Shown: piece by piece, positions 51,427-58,966 of the stretch
How positions within the stretch are numbered: the stretch's first letter is position 1
Layout of the letters: the number at the start of each line of letters is the position of its first letter
NCBI GenBank assembly: GCA_965223265.1
Contig: OZ244999.1
Coordinates: 1,984,001-2,048,000 of the forward strand
From: Planctomycetota bacterium
Lineage (GTDB): Bacteria; Planctomycetota; UBA8108; SXIK01
Direction of reading: 5' to 3'
Length of the DNA: 64,000 bases
Position numbers and translations under genes: made by a program
The notes under the pieces: model-generated
What the model was told of the DNA's origin: nothing
Seen by the model: only the letters and a program-made list of their open reading frames with translations
The model's database searches: none

Positions 51427-52812
51427 TCAGCCACGGCGCAACTTGCCTCTCCATGAAAGCCAGCCGCGTCGCTTCATCATGTCGAGGTGGACTGCCGCCA
51501 GGATCACCAGACCGAAAACGACTTTTTGCGAGTGGCTCTCGATGCCCACGAGGTTCATGCCGTTTCGTATCACCGCAATGATGAAAGCTCCGATCAGCGT
51601 CCCGAGGACCCGCCCTTCGCCGCCCATGAGGCTCGTGCCACCGACGACCACGGCGGCGATGACGTAGAGCTCATACATGAGTCCGTAGGTCGGTGAGCCA
51701 CTCTCGAGCTGAGACGCGGTCACTACGCCGCCGAGGCCGGCCAGAAGTCCGGAGACGGTGTAGACGAGGAGGAGGACTTTCTTGACGGGTACGCCTGAAA
51801 GCCGTGCGGCTTCGCGATTTCCGCCGACAGCATAGATGTGTCGCCCGACGACTGTACGTGTCATGACAACGTGGGCCGCAGCGTAAAGTAGAAGCATCAG
51901 CAAGACTGAGTTTGGAATCCGGATCGCGTCGGAGCTGCGGCTGAGCCAGCCGAATGAACTCGGAATCTCGTGCACCGATTGGCTCTGTGTCAGCCAGTAG
52001 GCGGTCCCGCTCGCTACAAGCATCATGGCGAGTGTGACGATGAAGGGAGGAATGCCGACGATGATGTTGAATCCTGAGAAGCCACCGACGAGACCGCAGA
52101 TGCCGACAGCGCCAAGGCAAGAGAGCGTCATCCCGAGAGGAGTCGCGGCCTCTGCACCAGCGAACTCGCGCATGAACAGCGTCGCGAGCACCGCCGACAG
52201 AGCGATCAAGCTGCCAACGGAGAGGTCGATTCCCCCGGTGATAATCACCGCGGTCATGCCGATCGCGATCATGGCGATCACTGCGATTTGGTCCGCAACG
52301 TTTCTGAGGTTGGAGACGGTCAAGAAGTCAGGCCACACGTAGGTCGGAGGCGTTTTCACAGCAACGGACTTGAGTTTGGGGAAGCTCGAGCCAAGTCGCT
52401 CAACGAACGGCAGATTGGCCGTCTGGTGCGTGCACGCCAGTATGTCGGGCGGCGTGTCAGCGGAAGCCAGGCGCGAGAACGCGTCGCGTAGATCGCTCGG
52501 GTCCCCTTGGACAACTGCGAGCAGAGTGACGTCTGTCTCTTCGAGCTGCGTCGTGAGCGCTGCCAAAAACTCAGCCTCTTCACTACCGGGGCGCCCGACG
52601 GCAAGAACGCGCGCTTGTGGCGTCTCCTTGACGATGGCGGCTGTTAGCTCCGTACCGGCCGCAGTTCCGGTGGGGTGCTGTTCCTTGACGGTAGCGAAAC
52701 AGAAGAGCGCGCACAAAAAAACGAGCACGCCCGCCATACTGTAGTCAGAAAAGAAGCGGGCGAAGAGAGTGCGCATACCTACTTTCGAGACGGTTTCGTG
52801 TGAGCGTTTCAT
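51427..52812 (-). CDS. Monosaccharide (ribose-type) ABC transporter permease with inserted soluble domain
   Basis: GGIDLSVGS, IPPFIVTL, GGNREAARLSG and AVVVGGTSLMGGEG motifs. ATGA overlap with the ATPase stop. Confidence 0.9.
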   Translation of the reverse strand: MKRSHETVSKVGMRTLFARFFSDYSMAGVLVFLCALFCFATVKEQHPTGTAAGTELTAAIVKETPQARVLAVGRPGSEEAEFLAALTTQLEETDVTLLAVVQGDPSDLRDAFSRLASADTPPDILACTHQTANLPFVERLGSSFPKLKSVAVKTPPTYVWPDFLTVSNLRNVADQIAVIAMIAIGMTAVIITGGIDLSVGSLIALSAVLATLFMREFAGAEAATPLGMTLSCLGAVGICGLVGGFSGFNIIVGIPPFIVTLAMMLVASGTAYWLTQSQSVHEIPSSFGWLSRSSDAIRIPNSVLLMLLLYAAAHVVMTRTVVGRHIYAVGGNREAARLSGVPVKKVLLLVYTVSGLLAGLGGVVTASQLESGSPTYGLMYELYVIAAVVVGGTSLMGGEGRVLGTLIGAFIIAVIRNGMNLVGIESHSQKVVFGLVILAAVHLDMMKRRGWLSWRGKLRRG

Positions 52813-54326
52813 TGCACCGCGAGTCGCATGATGTCTTCTTGAGTTGCATGCTCGACGTCGGAGATTTCGCCGCAAACGCGTCCATCATGCATGACGATGA
52901 TCCGGTCTGCCATGCCGAGGACTTCCGGCAGTTCCGAACTCACCATCACGATCGCTTTCCCCTGCGCTGCAAGCTCATTGATGAGCAAGTAGATCTCGTA
53001 CTTCGCTCCGATGTCGATGCCGCGAGTCGGTTCATCGAAGAGGAGCACCTCACAGTTTCTCTCCAGCCACTTCGCCAGGACGACCTTCTGCTGATTTCCT
53101 CCCGACAAGTCTCGCGCGTATTGGTCGACGTGCGAGACACGAAGTTGAAGGCTATCGATGAAACGGTTGAGACGGTTTCTCTCCTGTCGTTCCGAAACGA
53201 AGCCGAGGTGCGAGAGCTGTTTAAGATTCGGTAGACCAAAATTCTCACGCACTGACTGCGTCAGCACCAATCCGCTGGCTTTGCGATCCTCGGTGAGCAG
53301 GCAGATACCGCTACGGATTGCGTCGCGCGGATTCGAAATCGACAGACGCCTCCCGTCAAGCTCCACGCTGCCACCGCGGCGGCGATCTGCTCCAAAGATT
53401 AGGCGCAGGGTCTCCGTGCGACCTGATCCGACGAGACCTGTGAGCGCCACGACTTCACCTCGTCGTACGGAAAAAGAGACACCGTACACCTGATCGCCTT
53501 CAAGATCTGAGACGACGAACCGGCGTTCGCCGATAGGGCACGATTCCTTCGGAAACTCGTTTTCGAGCCGACGCCCGACCATGGCTTCGATCAAGCCGTC
53601 GCGCGTCACATCTTCGATCGCCTCCGTGCTGACATGCGCGCCATCGCGAAGCACCATGACACGGTCGGCCACGGCAAAAATCTCATCGAGGCGATGGCTG
53701 ATATAGATGATTCCGATTCCTTGAGACCGCAGCTCACGCATCATTTCGAAGAGATGTTCCACTTCCTGTGACGTGAGCGTCGCACTCGGCTCATCCATCA
53801 CCAGTATGCGAGCGTCAAGGGCGAGCGCTTTCGCAATCTCGACGATTTGTTGCTGCGCAACGGTCAACTCTCCGCAACGAGCATCTGGATCAATGGCAAC
53901 GCCAATACGATCGAAGAGTTTGCACGCGCGGCGGTGCTGCTCTCGTCGCCGCACGAATCCGACGGTGGCGTCTTCGTGGCCGAGAAAGATGTTGTCGGTA
54001 ACGGTGAGTGACGGAACCAGGTTGAACTCCTGGTAGATCACGGCGACGCCTGCTCGTAGCGCGTCGGCGGGAGTCGAGACTCCCGGGTCTTTTCCATCGA
54101 TGCGGATGCAGCCACCGTCAGGTCGGTGGGCACCGGCGAGCACTTTGATCAGTGTGCTCTTGCCAGCGCCGTTTTCTCCGAGCAACGCAAGAATTTCTCC
54201 CGGCCGTAGCTCCAGATCGACGCCCCTGAGAGCCTTCACTCCCGGAAATGCCTTCTCGATGCGCCTCATGCTGAGGAGCGGAGGTGCTGGGGCTTCATGC
54301 GGGTTGGTTGCCGCGGCGCTGGTCAT
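52809..54326 (-). CDS. Sugar ABC transporter ATP-binding protein (RbsA-like)
   Basis: GENGAGKST, DEPSATL, LSGGNQQK and DEPTRGID motifs. Confidence 0.96.
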   Translation of the reverse strand: MTSAAATNPHEAPAPPLLSMRRIEKAFPGVKALRGVDLELRPGEILALLGENGAGKSTLIKVLAGAHRPDGGCIRIDGKDPGVSTPADALRAGVAVIYQEFNLVPSLTVTDNIFLGHEDATVGFVRRREQHRRACKLFDRIGVAIDPDARCGELTVAQQQIVEIAKALALDARILVMDEPSATLTSQEVEHLFEMMRELRSQGIGIIYISHRLDEIFAVADRVMVLRDGAHVSTEAIEDVTRDGLIEAMVGRRLENEFPKESCPIGERRFVVSDLEGDQVYGVSFSVRRGEVVALTGLVGSGRTETLRLIFGADRRRGGSVELDGRRLSISNPRDAIRSGICLLTEDRKASGLVLTQSVRENFGLPNLKQLSHLGFVSERQERNRLNRFIDSLQLRVSHVDQYARDLSGGNQQKVVLAKWLERNCEVLLFDEPTRGIDIGAKYEIYLLINELAAQGKAIVMVSSELPEVLGMADRIIVMHDGRVCGEISDVEHATQEDIMRLAVQ

Positions 54327-54383
54327 CCCTACGGATTGTCGTCGTGGTTCACGAGGCTCGATCCTCCACCAGAATGCTTGCAG

Positions 54384-55361
54384 TTACTGCAGCGACGGGT
54401 CTTTGTCGGCGTCGGACTTGCGGTAGAGAGTCGTTGGGATGTCGTATTCGGACTCGACGGGTTGGCCGTCCAGATACCGTAGAATGGCCGTCGCGGTGCG
54501 CTGCCCCATCTCGTCAGGATGTTGGATGGGGTCAGCGTAGATTCGACCGTCTTTGATCGCTTGTTTACCCTCGGGCTGGCCGTCGAAACCGACGACCACG
54601 ATCTGCTCGGACTTGCCGGCACTTTCGATCGCGCGACACGCGCCGATCGCAGCGGGGTCGTTGATCGCGAAGAGTCCAGTGAGATCAGGAAACTTCTGTA
54701 CCGCGTCTTGTGCAGCGCTGAAGCCTTGTTCGGGGGTGCCGCCGCACGGCAGTTCAACCACGATCTCGATTTTGCCGCCGCGTTCGCTCGTGTTGTGAGC
54801 TTCGATAACTTCCTTAAAGCCACGCTCGCGCTCGATGCAGGACTCGACCACGTCGTAGTCGAGAAGGGCCACTTTGCCCCCCGTCTCGCCGAGCGCTTCG
54901 ACCATCGCGTCGCCCGCTAGTTTGCCGCCGCCGTAGTTGTCGCTGCCGACGTGAGCGACGACCTTCGCTTCTGGGTCGAGACAGCGGATGTCGACAGTGA
55001 AAACAGGTATCCCTGCCTTGTTGGCGTCTACGATAGCTGGACCGATGGCAGCTGAGTCGCGCGGGTTGACGACGATGGCAACGACGTTCTTGACGATGAA
55101 GTCTTTGAACTGATCACGCTGCTTGGCGACGTCTTCTTCGCCGCTTTGTAGGTCAATCGTGTACCCGTGCTGCCTCAACTCCTGTTCGAGATTTTCGGCG
55201 ATCACCATAAAAAATGGGTTCGTCAGGTTTTGGAGTGTGACACCGACGACCCCTTTGTTCTTCGTTTCCGTTGCCTGCCCTCCATTGCCCTCGTCAGAAC
55301 CGCAACCTACACAACACATCACGAGCAGCGAACATGAGAAAATCGCGCGGTGCAACACCAC
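54384..55361 (-). CDS. Sugar ABC transporter substrate-binding lipoprotein (RbsB-like)
   Basis: Lipobox VGC, NPFF, GIPVFTVD, SDNYGGG, ND and GFDG motifs. Confidence 0.93.
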   Translation of the reverse strand: MVLHRAIFSCSLLVMCCVGCGSDEGNGGQATETKNKGVVGVTLQNLTNPFFMVIAENLEQELRQHGYTIDLQSGEEDVAKQRDQFKDFIVKNVVAIVVNPRDSAAIGPAIVDANKAGIPVFTVDIRCLDPEAKVVAHVGSDNYGGGKLAGDAMVEALGETGGKVALLDYDVVESCIERERGFKEVIEAHNTSERGGKIEIVVELPCGGTPEQGFSAAQDAVQKFPDLTGLFAINDPAAIGACRAIESAGKSEQIVVVGFDGQPEGKQAIKDGRIYADPIQHPDEMGQRTATAILRYLDGQPVESEYDIPTTLYRKSDADKDPSLQ

Positions 55362-55521
55362 CGTTATTCCTCCGACAAGGGGCTATCACGATACCAGCTA
55401 TGGTGCTCACTCTATCAAAACCTGCGCGTCGCTGTCCATCGACGCCTGTCGCGGCTGGCGATCTCCGTATCCGCCGGGAGCGGGCTTGACTCGCAACACC
55501 CTCTGAGCAAGACTTCGAGGC

Positions 55522-58011
55522 ATGAATTTCGAGGAATCTAGAGTGCCGACTGACCGGCTGCGACAGACGTGTGACCCGGCTTTGTTCAGCGCTCACTCTA
55601 CTGCCGACATGGAGCCACTCGCTGGTGTGCTTGGGCAAGAGCGCGCTGTCCGTTCGATCGAGTTCGGACTCGATATCTCGAGTTCTGGATTCAATCTCTT
55701 CATCGCCGGGGAGCCTGGCACCGGGCGCACGACGATCCTTATGGACATTCTTAGACGGCGAGCTCAGACGCTACCGACGCCTGACGATGTCGTTTTTGTC
55801 CACAACTTTGAGAATCCCGACACGCCTCGTGTCATGCGTTTGCCACCGAAACAGGGTGCGAGATTCGTTCGACGCATGTCTGAGACAGTCGACGAGTTAC
55901 AAAAGCAGATTGCGCGTGCCTTAGAAAGTAAGGAGTATCGCGAACAGGCGCGGGTCTCGTCGGAGCGCAATCAAGAGCTGAAGAAGCAGCGTCTCGACGC
56001 GCTGACGCAAGCTGCGGCGACAGATTCCGTCGACATCAAGGCGACTCCCGAAGGGTTTCAGCCAATCCCCCTCGATCGCAGCGGGAAACCTTTCACCGAA
56101 GTTGCGTACAAGCAGTTGGATGACGCCGGGCGCAAGGCTTTGCAAGAACGCCTGGAAAAGGTACAGGGGCTCATTCGCGAGTTTGTCGCGGAGGTGAAAC
56201 AGATCGATCGGAGCCACAAGGCGGAGTTGAAGGCGCTCGATCGTCGCGTCGTGACGGCTGTTCTCGAGGATGTGCTGCTTGACCTTCGCCAAGAGTTTGC
56301 GGCGCACTCGGACGTCTTGCGCTATCTCGACGCGGTCGAGTCAGACGTGCTCGATCACCTCGACGATTTTCGACAAACGGAGCCGCCGGTCGCTGTGGTG
56401 CCGGGTTTGACGTTGCCTACACGTGAACCCGATCTGACGCGCTATTCGGTGAATCTTGTCGTCGACAACTCGAGCGTCGAAGGCGCTCCGGTCGTGCTCG
56501 AGACGAATCCCACCTATGGAAACCTCGTCGGACGCATCGAGCGCCGCGCTCAGTTGGGGACGCTTGTGACCGACTTCACGATGATCCGTGCCGGCGCGCT
56601 TGCCAAGGCGAACGGCGGGTTTCTTGTCGTTGACGTCGAAGATCTCCTTGGGGCGCCTCATTCCTACCAAGCCCTCAAGCACGTTCTGAAAGACCGGGTT
56701 CTCGCAATCGAAGACCTTGGTGAGCGACTCGGGCTGCTGGCGACGCAGTCACTCCGTCCGCAGCCGATCCACCTCGACCTCAAGATTTGCCTGACGGGGA
56801 AGCCACTCTACTACCACGCGCTCTTCGCCCAGGACGCCGACTTTCGCGCTAGCTTCAAGGTGAAGGCGGACTTTGACTCTGACACCGAACGTTCAGACGA
56901 AGCGATCCGAGGCTTTGGTTCACTGGTCGCTCGGTTGGTGAACGAAGAGGGCTTGCTACCCTTCGATCGTACGGCCCTTGCAGCCCTTGTCGACGAGAGC
57001 TCGCGGCTCGTCGAAGATCAGAACAAGCTGTCTCTCGCCTTTGGTCAGATCAACGATCTCGTTCGAGAGGTGGGATACTGGGCCAAGAAGGATGGCGGCG
57101 ATCACGCCGCGGCAGCCGACGTCGAACGCGCTGTGAAGGAGCGGGACTTTCGCTCCAGTCTTGCCAGCGAACGCGTGCAAGAGCTGATCGAGCGGGATGT
57201 CCTCATGGTCGACACCAGCACCGCGACGGTGGGTCAGATCAACGGCCTAGCCGTGCATCAGTTGGGCGACTATCGTTTTGGGCGTCCGAGTCGCATTACG
57301 GCGAGTGTGCGCGTGGGAACCGAAGGCGTCATCAACATCGAGCGGCGCGTGAGTCTGTCCCATAGCTCGCACGACAAGGGTGTCCTGATCCTCGTCGGAT
57401 TCGTTGGTGCACGTTTCGCCATGGAGCGCCCGTTGGCCTTGTCCGCGTCGATCACATTCGAGCAATCCTACGGCGAGATTGCAGGCGATTCGGCTTCGAC
57501 GACCGAGCTTTATGTACTCCTTTCGGCGCTTTCTGGACTGCCGATTCGACAAGGCGTCGCCGTGACCGGATCCGTCAATCAGCGTGGGGAGGTGCAGGCA
57601 ATTGGCGGCGTGAACCACAAGATCGAGGGGTTTTTCGACCTGTGCGCCGCGCGCGGCTTGACCGGAGACCAGGGTGTTCTTATTCCGGTGCAAAACGTCC
57701 AACACTTGATGTTGCGACGTGACGTCGTCGACGCGGTGAAAGCCGGCCAGTTCAGTGTCTGGGCGATCGATCATGTCGACCGCGGCATGGAAGTACTCAC
57801 AGGGGTCGAAGCCGGAGTCCAGGACGATGGAGGGAACTGGACGCCAGGTTCGGTCAACGATCTCGTGGCGCGCCGTTTCCGAGATCTGAGCGACCGACTG
57901 CTGGGGGCGAGCGGCGCCGAGTCACACTCGGGCCCGGATATCATCCTGCCGAGCGACGTCGGTTGGGTGGACGCTCCGCCGCCGACGCCGCCAGGGCCGC
58001 CCCCGGCGTAA
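55522..58011 (+). CDS. Lon-like protease (LonC/YcbZ-type AAA-like domain plus S16 protease domain)
   Basis: GQERA, GEPGTGRTT, GALAKANGG, GDSAS (Ser) and GGVNHKIEGF (Lys). Confidence 0.92.
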   Translation: MNFEESRVPTDRLRQTCDPALFSAHSTADMEPLAGVLGQERAVRSIEFGLDISSSGFNLFIAGEPGTGRTTILMDILRRRAQTLPTPDDVVFVHNFENPDTPRVMRLPPKQGARFVRRMSETVDELQKQIARALESKEYREQARVSSERNQELKKQRLDALTQAAATDSVDIKATPEGFQPIPLDRSGKPFTEVAYKQLDDAGRKALQERLEKVQGLIREFVAEVKQIDRSHKAELKALDRRVVTAVLEDVLLDLRQEFAAHSDVLRYLDAVESDVLDHLDDFRQTEPPVAVVPGLTLPTREPDLTRYSVNLVVDNSSVEGAPVVLETNPTYGNLVGRIERRAQLGTLVTDFTMIRAGALAKANGGFLVVDVEDLLGAPHSYQALKHVLKDRVLAIEDLGERLGLLATQSLRPQPIHLDLKICLTGKPLYYHALFAQDADFRASFKVKADFDSDTERSDEAIRGFGSLVARLVNEEGLLPFDRTALAALVDESSRLVEDQNKLSLAFGQINDLVREVGYWAKKDGGDHAAAADVERAVKERDFRSSLASERVQELIERDVLMVDTSTATVGQINGLAVHQLGDYRFGRPSRITASVRVGTEGVINIERRVSLSHSSHDKGVLILVGFVGARFAMERPLALSASITFEQSYGEIAGDSASTTELYVLLSALSGLPIRQGVAVTGSVNQRGEVQAIGGVNHKIEGFFDLCAARGLTGDQGVLIPVQNVQHLMLRRDVVDAVKAGQFSVWAIDHVDRGMEVLTGVEAGVQDDGGNWTPGSVNDLVARRFRDLSDRLLGASGAESHSGPDIILPSDVGWVDAPPPTPPGPPPA

Positions 58012-58015
58012 CGTC

Positions 58016-58188
58016 GACAGAGGCAGAGGCGGAGGCAGATGCAGAGTGCTGGTACGCCCACACCCACGCACACGCCCACGCCCACGCAAACGCAAACGCA
58101 AACGCAAACGCAAACGCACACGCACACGCTCACACCCACGCCCACGCCCACGCCCATGCCCACGCCCACGCCCACGCTCACGCCCACC
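58016..58188 (+). repeat. Hexamer repeat tract (CACGCC / GCAAAC / GAGGCA types)
   Basis: Directly visible; includes (GCAAAC)5 at 58086-58115. Confidence 0.9.
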
Positions 58189-58413
58189 GGTGCGGCCGCG
58201 GCGATCGAGCCTAACGTAGAGGAGAGCTCTTCTGCCCCGTGCGTGCGGCGGCGGTTTTGTCGATCGTAACCAAACGAGAGACGGCCTCAAGGGTACCCTC
58301 GCTGCGCTCGGCGCTTCGCGCCCTTGACCCCGTCTCTCGGTCGGTTGTCGGTAGTGAAACGCCGCCGCGTCGGGCGTCGGCGACAGTTCACTCAACCGTT
58401 ACCGGAGTCACTC

Positions 58414-58737
58414 ATGGGCTTTCTCGCTTTGGATCACACTTTTGTCATCGTTCGTCAGCTGCGCCCGCTTGTCTCGAGCGTTCGTCGTCACGACTCGAAG
58501 CTGGCCGCTCAGCTGCGCGACGCAGGCTCTTCTCTGGCGCTCAGTTTGGGCGAAGGCAATCGACGCGAGGGGCGTGACCGCGGGCATCTTTGGCGCATCG
58601 CTTCGGGCAGCGCTGAAGAGGTGTGCACGGCACTTCGGGTTGCTGAAGCTCGGGGCTACATCGATGCATCGCACACCGCTGCGGTACTCGCGGACATCGA
58701 TGCGCTGCAGGCGATGCTCTGGAAGCTGACGCACTGA
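58414..58737 (+). CDS. Four-helix-bundle protein (23S rRNA IVP / bAvd-like family)
   Basis: GGAG RBS. 'LAAQLRDAGSSLALSLGEG...RIASGSAEEVCTALRVA...GY' matches the family pattern QL.RA..S...N.AEG...IA.GS..E. Confidence 0.88.
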   Translation: MGFLALDHTFVIVRQLRPLVSSVRRHDSKLAAQLRDAGSSLALSLGEGNRREGRDRGHLWRIASGSAEEVCTALRVAEARGYIDASHTAAVLADIDALQAMLWKLTH

Positions 58738-58780
58738 CGCAGGAGCCTCGGGCCCGCCGTGCACGTGGCGGGCTTGAGAC

Positions 58781-58838
58781 AGAGGCGCGCGCCCACGGTC
58801 ACCGTCACCCAGGCCCACGCCCACGCCCACGCAAACGC
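58781..58838 (+). repeat. Hexamer repeat tract downstream of the four-helix-bundle gene
   Basis: AGAGGCGCGCGCCCACGGTCACCGTCACCCAGGCCCACGCCCACGCCCACGCAAACGC, similar to 1349-1410. Confidence 0.8.
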
Positions 58839-58966
58839 CTCGTCTCGCCGGCGCCCTCGGTCCAAGCCCAATCCGGCCGAACGGACGGTCCGAGCCCAAG
58901 CGCGCAGCTCCCACTCCGTCCGCTCGTTCCTGCGCGAACGCGAATGACCTTGCCCTCGATCTCCCC

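Noticed and set aside
57771-58395. ORFs with VCVCVC, HAHAHA or TPTPTP sequences
   Set aside because: Translations of the hexamer tract.
58414-58737. Diversity-generating retroelement
   Set aside because: Avd-like fold only; no reverse transcriptase or TR/VR pair seen in the window.
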